DNA of 64,000 bases from an uncultured Spirochaetota bacterium. GTDB lineage: Bacteria; Spirochaetota; Spirochaetia; SZUA-6; Fen-1364. The notes under the pieces were generated by a model that was not told the origin of the DNA, ran no database searches, and saw nothing but the letters and a program-made list of their open reading frames with translations. The stretch covers positions 96,001 through 160,000 of the forward strand of contig CAWJSK010000018.1 in the NCBI GenBank assembly GCA_963845535.1, written 5' to 3'. Positions within the stretch are counted from its first letter, which is position 1. The number at the start of each line of letters is the position of its first letter. Of the stretch, positions 21,101 through 30,517 are shown in pieces. A program made the translations under genes and the position numbers.

Positions 21101-22022
21101 ACGGGTACTCGGGGCCCAAAAGCTCCTCGATTGCCGTCAGCGTAGCGGCCCCGCCCACGTGCCACTCGGTCGCTGTGCTCGTGACCCGGGTCAGCTCCGG
21201 CACCCCCTCGGTGGAGATGAGGAGCGGGTAGGAGAGGAGCTTCTTGTTGATGTCCACCCCGATCTCAGTGGCTCCGGCCACCAGACGCGCCTCGGGGTAT
21301 TTCTTCAGAAGGGAAAAGACCTCACCCAGCGTAGTTGGCCTGAAAAACCGCCCGCCGCAAGCGGAGTAATTCAGGGAAGAAAGCGGTTCCACCGGTGATC
21401 CGAGCCTGATGCGGAACTGGTCAGCCTTCCCGTTCTCGGCGTCTCTTTGCGAAAGCGCCCCGAGCGCGGCATCCCTGATGGGCCTGTAACCGGTGCACCG
21501 GCAGAGATTCCCGCTGAGCTGATCGCTCAACTGGCTTGTGTTTTTGCAGTCCGTCCGGTACCAGGCCTCGAAAAGGGAGACGACGAACCCCGGGGTGCAA
21601 TACCCGCACTGCGATCCGTATTTTTCGACCATGTGGGCCTGGACGGGATGCAGTGTTTCACCCGACGCCAGACCTTCGACGGTGACGATCTCCCGTCCCG
21701 CGAACATGGGAAGCAGGGCGATGCAGCTATTGATTGCCCGGTAGGTCGGTTTGCCCCGGGCGTCACGGTCCACAAGGGCAACCGTGCAAGCCCCGCAATC
21801 TCCTTCCGCGCACCCGCACTTGGTACCCGTGTACCCGTGCGCGCGCAAGTACTCCAGCAGCGTCGTGGTGGGGGCCACATCCTCCACGAGGACCGGCTTT
21901 CCGTTGATCATGAAAGTGAAGCTCGTAACCGCCTGGCTTGTGGCTGCCCGGTTCGCGACCGTCCGCGGCGCGCGGGTCGAGGCTTTCTTTGGGGCGCGCG
22001 TCAATCCCGAGGTGCGTTTCAT
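18143..22022 (-). CDS. xdhB: Xanthine dehydrogenase with fused XdhA (2Fe-2S/FAD) and XdhB (Moco) parts, +1 frameshift at about 18745-18790
   Basis: GCAEGDCGAC, QCGYCTPG, GNLCRCTGY, ASPIGD, GGQEHFYLE, MGGGFGGKE, AFRGFGGPQG and GGTEMGQGL. The C-terminus (GQIEGG, SKAVGEPP with catalytic Glu) is in the adjacent frame, 18143-18769. Confidence 0.92.
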
Positions 22023-22057
22023 GATTCTAGTTTACTCACTGTCGCACGGCGGTGCAA
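22023..22057 (-). promoter_or_regulatory. Sigma70-like promoter placed to give a leaderless xdh transcript
   Basis: Minus strand reads TTGCAC-N17-TAAACT-N6-ATG; no SD sequence before the ATG. Confidence 0.5.
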
Positions 22058-22117
22058 CGTGGGAGCCGCAATGGGCCTTTCGATAGTATCTTTATCTCTG
22101 GAAAGGGAGCCGACTCA

Positions 22118-24313
22118 ATGATGAAAGTTCAAACCGTGGAGGAACGGCGCTCCTGGCCTCCCCGGGGGTGGCCGCTTTATATCCCCATCTTTTTGACCGT
22201 CATCGCAGGCCTTGTCATCACGCTCGTGGTGTTCGGCGTGTTCCAGGCTTCCGAGCGGGCGCGCATGCACAGCGAGTTCGAGACCATGGCGGCTGACAGG
22301 GCCCAGGCAATCCGGGCGGCACTGGCGGAAGACTTCACCGAGTTGGACCTGCTCGCAGGGTACGTGAGGTCCTCCAATGAGCTGAAAACCAACCGGCTCG
22401 GAGAGTTCGCGCTGGAGTTCGGGAAAATTGCGCGACGCATTCCCACGCAAGAGCCCGACACACAGGCGGTAGGGTTCATCTCTCGCGTACCGGGACAGGA
22501 CCGGGCTGCCTTCGAGTCATCCTGGAGCAGGGAGCTCACCGGCGGAATGAGCATCACGGAGCTGGGAACAGGGACCGACCCTCATGCGGCCGGTAAGAGA
22601 AGCCTGTACTTTCCCGCCACCATCATGGAGCCTTACGAATACACCGTGGGGATGGGCGGCCTGGATTTCGGTTCGGTGCCGGCCCTGCGCTCCGCGCTGG
22701 ACCGCGCCATTGCCTCAGGAAGGCTTGCCACGAGCACCGGCACGCGCCTTCCGACCGCCGCCCCGCATCCGGTGATCTGGCAGTTCCTTGCCGTATACCG
22801 CGACTCCTCCGCGGCTTCCTCTCCGTCCTCTCGAGGCCAGATGATCGGCGTGGTGGCAATGGCTTTCCGGATCGACCAGATGGTGGACCTTGCCCTCAAG
22901 GATCTGAGCCCTGCGGGACTCGACATCGAGCTGCTGGACCTTCAGGCGCCCGCGGCCCAACAGGAGCTCTTCTACCGCAGGGCCAAGGTCGTCGGTTATG
23001 AAGTGACTCCGGTCCTGCGCAATTGGTTGTCGTGGAGCACGACAATCGACGCGGGGGAGAGAACGTGGACCATGCGCGCGTATCCGACGCATGATTTCAT
23101 GGCCAAGCACAGCACGTGGCAGCCCTTGATCATCCTTGCCGGCGGCCTCCTCCTGACCGCCATGGCAAGCCTCTATTTCGCCGGAGGCCTGCGCAGGACC
23201 GCGCGCGTGGAGTCCCTTGTCGCAGAAAGGACGCAAGCCCTTGCCCTGGAGGTTGCCAAGCATGAGCAGCTGGAAAGGGAGCTGGCTGAATCACGGGCCA
23301 CCCTGGCGGGGCAGGTGGACAGGCTTGCCTCCCGCAACCGCGAGGTGCAGCTCCTCAATGAGGTCGGTGACATGCTCCAGTCCTGCGTTTCCACCGACGA
23401 GGCGTTCCCCCTGATCCGGCAACACCTCCCCGGCCTCCTTGCCGGCACCTCCGGCGCGCTCTATGTCCAGGACCCGCAGAGAAGTCTTTTCGTGGCCATG
23501 GCTGAATGGGGGGAAAGTCCGCCCGGCGCGGCGGCGTTCACTGCCACGGATTGCTGGGCTTTGCGCCGAGGCCGGGTCTATCCGCCGGCGGACTCGCCGA
23601 AGGCGCTCCCCTGCAGGCATCTCGCCCCGGGCCAGGAAGAAGGTTCCCTTTGCGTGCCCATCGCGGTCACCGGGAAGACCATCGGGCTCTTTCACGCGCT
23701 TCGCCTTCCTGCGGAATCGCAGGCATTCGCCGTGTCCGTGGCGGAGCACATCGGGCTCGCCTTGTCCAACCTCATGCTCCGAACCGACCTGCGGCAGCTT
23801 TCCATCCGTGACCCGCTCACCGGCCTTTTCAACCGCCGTTATATGGAGGAGACGCTGGAGCTGGAGATCAGCCGGGCCGAACGCAAGGAGCACGCCATTG
23901 GAGTCATCATGCTGGACATCGACCATTTCAAGACTTTCAACGACAGGTTCGGGCACGCCGCGGGAGATGAGCTTCTGCAGTCACTGGGGCAGCTCATCCG
24001 AACGAACCTGCGCGCGGGAGACGTCGCGTGCCGCTATGGAGGCGAAGAGTTCGTCCTCATCATGCCCGAGGCATCGGAGGAGGCCGCCCAGCGCAGGGCG
24101 GAAGAGCTTCGGGTCCACGCGCATGAGATGGAGGTCAGGCACCTGGACACCGTGCTCGGCCCCGTCAGCCTCTCCCTGGGCGTGGGACTCTACCCGGATC
24201 ATGGAAGGACGCGGGATGCCATCCTTGCCGCCGCGGACGCCGCGCTCTACAAGGCCAAGCAGGCGGGACGGGACAGGGTGGTGATTGCCGTGGATGGTTG
24301 GGAAAATGGATGA
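22118..24313 (+). CDS. Diguanylate cyclase, TM-CHASE-TM-GAF-GGDEF
   Basis: Two TM segments flank a CHASE-like region (YFPATIMEP, GLDFG, WTMRA); GAF (CWALRRG); DPLTGLFNRR; RAGD I-site; GGEEF. Confidence 0.9.
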   Translation: MMKVQTVEERRSWPPRGWPLYIPIFLTVIAGLVITLVVFGVFQASERARMHSEFETMAADRAQAIRAALAEDFTELDLLAGYVRSSNELKTNRLGEFALEFGKIARRIPTQEPDTQAVGFISRVPGQDRAAFESSWSRELTGGMSITELGTGTDPHAAGKRSLYFPATIMEPYEYTVGMGGLDFGSVPALRSALDRAIASGRLATSTGTRLPTAAPHPVIWQFLAVYRDSSAASSPSSRGQMIGVVAMAFRIDQMVDLALKDLSPAGLDIELLDLQAPAAQQELFYRRAKVVGYEVTPVLRNWLSWSTTIDAGERTWTMRAYPTHDFMAKHSTWQPLIILAGGLLLTAMASLYFAGGLRRTARVESLVAERTQALALEVAKHEQLERELAESRATLAGQVDRLASRNREVQLLNEVGDMLQSCVSTDEAFPLIRQHLPGLLAGTSGALYVQDPQRSLFVAMAEWGESPPGAAAFTATDCWALRRGRVYPPADSPKALPCRHLAPGQEEGSLCVPIAVTGKTIGLFHALRLPAESQAFAVSVAEHIGLALSNLMLRTDLRQLSIRDPLTGLFNRRYMEETLELEISRAERKEHAIGVIMLDIDHFKTFNDRFGHAAGDELLQSLGQLIRTNLRAGDVACRYGGEEFVLIMPEASEEAAQRRAEELRVHAHEMEVRHLDTVLGPVSLSLGVGLYPDHGRTRDAILAAADAALYKAKQAGRDRVVIAVDGWENG

Positions 24314-24393
24314 CGACCGGAGAATGGCTGGGACGCGTCGTCATCAGGAGCGCCTGAGGATTTCTCGTGGCGGATGACCACACCGAAAGTCTT

Positions 24394-25890
24394 CTACGCC
24401 GCCGCTTTTGCTTCTTTTCTCCGCGAGCCAAAGCGAGCGGCCTGAAAGACGGGGGTGAGGAGCGACGTCAGCGCCAGGTTGATGACCAAGGACGACAACG
24501 CGGAGTAAATGCCGAAGCCGTGGCCGCCAATGACGAACGTGTATACCGAGGAGTTGTGCGCCGCTGCGAACATCGAGATGCCGCTGGCAATCCCCGCGAC
24601 CCACCCCGCCACCAGCGCCCATTTGTGGAACCATTTCGTGAACAGCCCCAGGAAAACCGACGGAAGGGTCTGGATGATGATGATTCCGCCGAGCAGCTGC
24701 AAGTTGATGATGAACGTCGTGGGCACGAAGAAGATGAAAAGGAGCGCCCCAAGCTTCACGACCAGAGACGCAATGCGGGCGACGTTCGTCTCCTCCCCGC
24801 TCGAGTAGTTGGGGCGGAGGTAAGGGCGGTAGATATTCCGCGTGAACAGGTTGGCCGCGGCAATCGACATGATGGAGGCGGGAACCATGGCCCCGATGGA
24901 GATGGCCGCGAAGCAGAAGCCGGCGAACCATGACGGGAACTGCTGCGCAATCAGAGCAGGGACAATCCCGTTTGCCCCATACGCCTTCGGCGGTGTCACG
25001 TGGGCGGCGATGGCCATGTAGCCCAGGAGCGCCAGCAGGCCGAGCAGGAGGGAGTAGGCGGGCAGGAAGGCCGCGTTGCGCTTGACCACCTCCGGGCTTC
25101 CGCTGGCCAGGGTGCCGGTCAGGGAGTGCGGGTAGAGAAAAAGCGCCAGCGCTGAGCCCAGCACGAGCGTTGCATACGGCATGAACTGCGCAGGGGCCAG
25201 GAGGAAGTGGAACGTGGGGGTCTGGACCGCGCGCTGGCGCGCCGCGGCGAAGATCGGGCCGAACCCTCCCAGCGCCATCGGTATGGCGATGATGGTCGCA
25301 AGAAGCACGATGAAGATCATTGCGTCCTTGACCATCGCTATGAGCGCTGGCGCGCGCAGGCCGCTCGTGTAGGTGTAGGCGGCGAGAATGAGGAACGCGA
25401 CGACAAGCGCAATTTCAGGGTTGATCCCCATCTGGGCAACGGATACGGCAATCCCGAACATCTGAAGCGCTATGTACGGCATGGTTGCTACAATGCCTGT
25501 GATGGCCACGATGAAAGCCAGCGTCTTGCTGCCCGTCTGTCCTTCCACGAAATCCGACGGCGTGACGTATCCCTTCGCTTTGCACACCGACCAGAACCGG
25601 GGCAGCACGATGAATGCAAGCGGGTAGATGAGCACGGTGTAGGGAACGGCAAAGAAGCCCATGGCGCCCGCGGCGAACACGAGGCCGGGGACTGCAACGA
25701 AGGTATAGGCCGTGTAGAGATCTCCGCCCAGGAGGAACCACGTGATGACCGTGCCGAACCTTCGGCCGGCAAGACCCCATTCCTCCAGCGTCTTGAGGTT
25801 CCCCCGCTTCCACCGGGCCGCGACGAACCCGATGACTGTCACCAGGAGGAAAAAGAAGATGAAGACAATAAGAGCCACCCAGTCGATCAT
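24394..25890 (-). CDS. Sodium:solute symporter (MctP/YhjB-like)
   Basis: EWGLAGRRFG, GGDLYTAYTF, MPYIALQ and AANLFTRNIY motifs; about 13 TM helices; paired with a DUF3311 gene. Confidence 0.9.
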   Translation of the reverse strand: MIDWVALIVFIFFFLLVTVIGFVAARWKRGNLKTLEEWGLAGRRFGTVITWFLLGGDLYTAYTFVAVPGLVFAAGAMGFFAVPYTVLIYPLAFIVLPRFWSVCKAKGYVTPSDFVEGQTGSKTLAFIVAITGIVATMPYIALQMFGIAVSVAQMGINPEIALVVAFLILAAYTYTSGLRAPALIAMVKDAMIFIVLLATIIAIPMALGGFGPIFAAARQRAVQTPTFHFLLAPAQFMPYATLVLGSALALFLYPHSLTGTLASGSPEVVKRNAAFLPAYSLLLGLLALLGYMAIAAHVTPPKAYGANGIVPALIAQQFPSWFAGFCFAAISIGAMVPASIMSIAAANLFTRNIYRPYLRPNYSSGEETNVARIASLVVKLGALLFIFFVPTTFIINLQLLGGIIIIQTLPSVFLGLFTKWFHKWALVAGWVAGIASGISMFAAAHNSSVYTFVIGGHGFGIYSALSSLVINLALTSLLTPVFQAARFGSRRKEAKAAA

Positions 25891-25915
25891 AGGAAATGCC
25901 CTCCGCTGAAATGCC

Positions 25916-26116
25916 TCATGCCCTGCCCAGATAGGCAATGAGCGTGAGACAGACGGTTACGATGATCGATGCGAGCTGAAACCAGTAGAAGAACGGAATC
26001 CCGACCAGCTCGGGCTGTTCCATGTTGTAGAAAGGCGGCCACAGCAGGGCCACGAACGGTATCAGAAAGAGGAGAAGGAGCCATCCCGCCCCTTTCCTCG
26101 GACGACGATCAGCCAT
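25916..26116 (-). CDS. DUF3311 small membrane protein (SSS accessory)
   Basis: LWPPFYN..P...GIPFFYWFQL signature; AGGAG RBS. Confidence 0.88.
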   Translation of the reverse strand: MADRRPRKGAGWLLLLFLIPFVALLWPPFYNMEQPELVGIPFFYWFQLASIIVTVCLTLIAYLGRA

Positions 26117-26175
26117 GGCGTTTCTCCTGATGCACAAAATATGAAGGCGGGCTCCGCCCGGTCAAACCGGAATGG

Positions 26176-27524
26176 TCACTTTTCGGTAACAACGGGCCGC
26201 AAATGTCGTCCTCGAGGTTTCCCAACAACGGCCCCGTCCTGAAAGACGGTTTCTCCTCTCAGGATTGTGCGGCGCACGGAACCGCACAACGCGCGTCCGA
26301 CGTATGGGCTCAAACGGTGACGGTCCAGCAGCTCGCCTTCGCTGACCGGCTGTCGTGACAGACAGGTCCACAAGGGCCAGATCCGCGTCCACGCCTTCGC
26401 GGATCCCTCCCTTGCCGGGAAGCCGGAAGCGCCTCGCCACGTTGTCGGAAACGAGCCCTGCTATCAGGGGCATGGGAAGCTCGAGGGTCAGCAGCGCCCG
26501 AAGCGTGGCTTGAGCCCCGCTGATCCCTCCCCAGACCTTGAAGAAGTCGGGGTCTTTCTTCATTTCCGGGGGCGAAGGGGAATGGTCGGAGCCGATCGTA
26601 TCCACGTGCCCCGAGGCCACCTCCCCGAGGAGAAGCTGGCGTTCGGCGACAGGCCGAAGCGGCGGCGCGCATTTGGCTCTGGCTCCCAACCTTTCCACGT
26701 CTTCCGCGCAGAGGAGAAGGTAGTGCGGGCACGTCTCACAGGTGGCGTCGCAGAGCCCGGCCTCCACTGCCTGGCGGATCAGCCTCACGCCGCGCGCCGA
26801 GCTGGTGTGGACCACGTGGAGCGCGCAGCCGGTGTCCTCCGCGAACGCAAGCGCCCGAGAGATGGCCTCTGCTTCAGCGGCAATTGGCCGGGAGTCCAGG
26901 TAGTCCCGCACCGATGTGCGGCCTTCCGCGCGCGCCCGTGAGGAGAGGGCGCTCGTCATCCCGTCGTTCTCCGCGTGGACTGCAACAGGGAAGACCCAGT
27001 CGCGCCGCAATCCGCATCCCCCGGTAGAGAGACTCATCATCGCAGCGGAGAAAGTCGTCGATCCCGCTCCCGGACATGAATGCCTTGAAGCCCACGACTC
27101 CGCGCTCGGCAAGGGCTTCGAGCTGGTCGAGGTTATCAGGAGTGAGCCCGCCCCAGAGGGCGAAATCAGCGAAAGCCCGTCCGCTGCAGGCGGCAAGCTT
27201 CAGGTCGAAGGACCTCGCATTCAGCGTCGGCGGAGAGGAGTTCAGCGGCATGTCGATGAAGCACGTCCCGCCGCCGGCAACAAGGGCGCTTGAACCGCTG
27301 GGAACGCCTTCCCACGAATCACGGCCGGGGTCGTTGAAGTGGACGTGAGCGTCGAGGACCCCGGGAAAAACGTGGAGGCCTCGGGCATCAATCACCTCCC
27401 GAGCCGGGCCGGATACCTCCGGCGCCAGGGAGGCAATCCGTCCGTCATCGATTGCGATATCCAGCCGGCCCACACCGGAAGCCTGGACCACCTGGCCGCC
27501 TCTGATCAGGGAATCGAATGCCAT
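26176..27524 (-). CDS. allB: Allantoinase, interrupted by two +1 frameshifts (about 26988-26990 and about 26355)
   Basis: DAHVHFNDPG, DMPLNSSPPT and GFKAFM in frame 1; VAVHAEN, ETCPHYL, KCAPPLR, GSDHSP and WGGISG in frame 2; RHRLSPYVG..TILRG in frame 3. Confidence 0.88.
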
Positions 27525-27528
27525 GGCC

Positions 27529-27873
27529 TCAGCTCCCCCGGTAGGTGGAATAGGACCACGGTGAGACGAGCAGCGGCACGTGGTATTTTCCCTCCGGGTC
27601 ATCCACCACGAAGACCACCGGCACCTTCTCCAGGAACCGGCCGGCGTCAGGCTCCCCGCGGCTTCGAAAATACTCGCCAACGTGGAAGACGAGCCTGTAC
27701 GTGCCGGCGGTCAGAGCGCCGCCCTCGAGGAGCGGAGAGTCCGTTCGGCCTTCGGCGTTCGTGGTTGCGCCGGCGAGCTCCCTCTGGTCTTTCTCCCGCG
27801 AAAGCTCTATGCGCATGCCGCGCGCGGGAGCGCCGCGGCTGGTATCCAGGACGTGCGTCGTCAGCCTTCCCAT
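27529..27873 (-). CDS. uraH: 5-hydroxyisourate hydrolase (transthyretin-like)
   Basis: LTTHVLD, TNAEGR, YHVPLL and C-terminal YRGS signature. Confidence 0.96.
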   Translation of the reverse strand: MGRLTTHVLDTSRGAPARGMRIELSREKDQRELAGATTNAEGRTDSPLLEGGALTAGTYRLVFHVGEYFRSRGEPDAGRFLEKVPVVFVVDDPEGKYHVPLLVSPWSYSTYRGS

Positions 27874-28718
27874 TTTCCATCCCTCGCGACGGTTCCCTTG
27901 ATCAACCCGTACGGCTCGCTCGTAGCCACGAAAATCTCGTTGGGGTTGTCCAAACCGAAGGGCCCCAGGTTCACGAGAAGCCGATGCTGGTTCGGCATGG
28001 TGAGGCTGACGGAAACTATCTGGGGCAGCCTCGACAGCAGCTCCTCACCCATGGCGAAGATGGTCTGCTGGACGCTTGCACTGTGGTGTCGGGCAAACGT
28101 CTCCAGAAGCGCAGAGCGGGCGGTTTCGAACACTTCGGGAAGCGGCTCCAAAGCGGAGGCGTACTGCCAGGTCGCATCGATTCTCGTCGCAAAGATCCGG
28201 TCTTGCGTTTCCTGGAGGGTCGTGTAGCTGCCCTTGAAGAAGCCCCCAAACCCGGACCGCGTGGTCTTGATGACCTCCAGTCCCTTGATGCCTCCGTGCG
28301 CGCGGGAGGCGCCCGCACGTTCGAGCCTCACCTGGCAGGTCCGGGTACCTGGTCCGCCGCGGGTGAAGGAGTGGGGATGCGGGGCGCCATCCACCGTGAT
28401 GCGCGCCCACGGCTCCTCCTCGATCGACACCTCCGTCCATGACACCTGGTCGAACGTGAGAAAGTGCCTGGCGAGGATCCCGGCAAAAGCCTCGGGGGAA
28501 TCGAAATCGTGCTTGCGGGCCAGGGCGTAGACCGTGTTCTTCATCGTATCCGTGGGGATGCAGGATGAGTTGTCTCCCGCCGTGTAGACCTGATCGAAAG
28601 AGCCACCCATCATGATCTGAACGACAAGCTCGTGAAGGGTATGCGTCTCTCCCGCGCGGACCACCTTTGTCAGTCGAATGTCGCTCTTGCCGTACGAGTT
28701 GTCAGCCAGTCGGACCAT
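27861..28718 (-). CDS. pucL: Urate oxidase (cofactor-independent uricase)
   Basis: YGK, DNS..PTDTMKNTVY, KTTRSGF, S.SVQQT, MPNQH and PYGLI motifs. Confidence 0.95.
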   Translation of the reverse strand: MVRLADNSYGKSDIRLTKVVRAGETHTLHELVVQIMMGGSFDQVYTAGDNSSCIPTDTMKNTVYALARKHDFDSPEAFAGILARHFLTFDQVSWTEVSIEEEPWARITVDGAPHPHSFTRGGPGTRTCQVRLERAGASRAHGGIKGLEVIKTTRSGFGGFFKGSYTTLQETQDRIFATRIDATWQYASALEPLPEVFETARSALLETFARHHSASVQQTIFAMGEELLSRLPQIVSVSLTMPNQHRLLVNLGPFGLDNPNEIFVATSEPYGLIKGTVARDGKWEG

Positions 28719-29255
28719 TTATTCCTCCGTGACGGCGTCCTTCAGGCGCAGCCATGCAATTTTTGCGATTTCCGTGAGCGCGGTGCCGATCTCCTGGTCA
28801 CGGGACTGCGCCAGCCGTCGCGGGAAAGCCTCCAGGATGGCTTCCTTGCGGTTCTCCCGCGCGCAGATCACGAACGGGAAGCCAAACCTGTCATGGTACT
28901 CCTCGTTGTATTCCCGGAAGCGATCCGCCTCTTCCTTTGTCAGCGAGCCCAGGCCGGCGGCTGATTGCTCCCGCGCGGAGGCCGCGCTCAGGGGCAGGCC
29001 CGACCTCGCCTGCGCCGCGAGCCTTCCCACGAGGTCCGGATGCGCGCAAATCAGGCCGATTTTCTCTTCCGCAGCCGCTTTCTCCACCGTGGAGACGAGC
29101 TCCCGGTGGAGCGCCGAGAGGGAGGCAAACGGCCGGCGCGCCCAGGTTCGAGCAGCCACCCAGGGGGAGCGCTCGAAGATGGCGCCGCACACGCTGAGAA
29201 ACCCTCGAAGGCTTTCATCGTTCAGCTTTGAAAGCGTGACCGCCCGACCGCTCAT
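28719..29255 (-). CDS. uraD: OHCU decarboxylase
   Basis: IFERSPWVA, AHPDL, SAREQ.AAGL, FGFPFVICAR and EIAKIA.LRL motifs. Confidence 0.95.
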   Translation of the reverse strand: MSGRAVTLSKLNDESLRGFLSVCGAIFERSPWVAARTWARRPFASLSALHRELVSTVEKAAAEEKIGLICAHPDLVGRLAAQARSGLPLSAASAREQSAAGLGSLTKEEADRFREYNEEYHDRFGFPFVICARENRKEAILEAFPRRLAQSRDQEIGTALTEIAKIAWLRLKDAVTEE

Positions 29256-30517
29256 GAGTGAAAAGTCTCAACCAGAATCCGGGCCGCAAGGGCAATGTGC
29301 TCGATGCTGCTGAACTCCGTCGGGTTGTGGCTTATCCCGTCCTTGCTCGCCACAAACAGCATTGCCGCCGGCAAGAAAGGGGCAAGGATGGCCGTGTCAT
29401 GGAGGGCGCCGCTCGTTGCCTCCGGGAGCCGGATGTCCAGTCTCCCCGCGGCTTCGTGGAGCAGGCTGCACACTCCCGGGTCAAGCGGCACGGAAGGCAA
29501 CTGCTCCGTGCAGCCGATTTCGATCTCCAACCCTCGTCCCGCTGCCGCGCGCGTGAGTTGACTGCGAAGGCGTTTGTCTCCCTGTTGGAGAACGTGATCG
29601 GAAGGGGAACGAAAGTCGATGGTGAATCTGACGCGGCCGGGAATCACGTTGACCGCGTTCGGATGCACGTCCAGCCGGCCGACCGTGATCACCGTATGGT
29701 CCGCCTCCCTATCCAGCTCCCGGCCCAGGGACTCCAGGAGACCCATGCATTCCGCGGCGCCGGCAAGGGCATCCCGGCGATCGCTCATCTTCGTGGAGCC
29801 CGCGTGATTGCCGGCGCCCGTGAGCGAGCACAGGTACTGTCGGCGGCCGTTGATGCCGGTGACGACGGCAAGCGGCTCTCCCACCTTCCACAGCCGAAGC
29901 CCCTGCTCGACGTGCACTTCGACGAGCCCCCGGTAGCGTACCGCGGAAAAGCGCTCTGCCCCAAGGCGCTCGGGGGCCACGCCGTGGTCTGCCCCGGCGC
30001 TGAGGTAGTCCCTGCCCTCCGCGTTGCGAATGGATCGAAGCTGGGCAGCATCCAGGGTCCCCGCCCACGCCTTGCTCCCCAGCATCCCGAGGCCGAAGGT
30101 GGTCCCTTCCTCCTCGGCAAAGACGATGAGCTCCATGGGGGCATCCGGGGCCGCCCGAAGCACTTCCAGCGCGGCCACGACTCCGACAACGCCGTCGTAC
30201 TTGCCACCGGTGGGGACCGAGTCCACGTGAGAGCCGCAGAGCCATGCTGGGACGTCCCAACCCAGACGGGCCGGCCTGGCATGCGCGTTGCCCGCCGCAT
30301 CCACGCGCGTCAGGCAGCCGGCTTCCTCTGCCGCATGGATCACGTAGTCGCGAGCTTTCCTCCAGGACGGGGAAAAGGTGGGCCTGCTGTAGCCGATCTT
30401 CGGGTCCACCTCAGAGAAGCCGGCAATCGCTTCGATGTCCCGGGCCAGTCGCCTGCTGTCCACGGCGGCAGCGGGCGTGGCGGCAGCGTGACCCTCGTGC
30501 CCCCGGGCAGGCGTCAT
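29252..30517 (-). CDS. allC: Zn-dependent amidohydrolase, hydantoinase/carbamoylase family (probable allantoate amidohydrolase)
   Basis: GSHVDSVPTGGKYDGVVGV, EEEG, EVHVEQG, NHAG, SGALHD and SHNP motifs; ATGA overlaps on both sides. Confidence 0.8.
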   Translation of the reverse strand: MTPARGHEGHAAATPAAAVDSRRLARDIEAIAGFSEVDPKIGYSRPTFSPSWRKARDYVIHAAEEAGCLTRVDAAGNAHARPARLGWDVPAWLCGSHVDSVPTGGKYDGVVGVVAALEVLRAAPDAPMELIVFAEEEGTTFGLGMLGSKAWAGTLDAAQLRSIRNAEGRDYLSAGADHGVAPERLGAERFSAVRYRGLVEVHVEQGLRLWKVGEPLAVVTGINGRRQYLCSLTGAGNHAGSTKMSDRRDALAGAAECMGLLESLGRELDREADHTVITVGRLDVHPNAVNVIPGRVRFTIDFRSPSDHVLQQGDKRLRSQLTRAAAGRGLEIEIGCTEQLPSVPLDPGVCSLLHEAAGRLDIRLPEATSGALHDTAILAPFLPAAMLFVASKDGISHNPTEFSSIEHIALAARILVETFHS

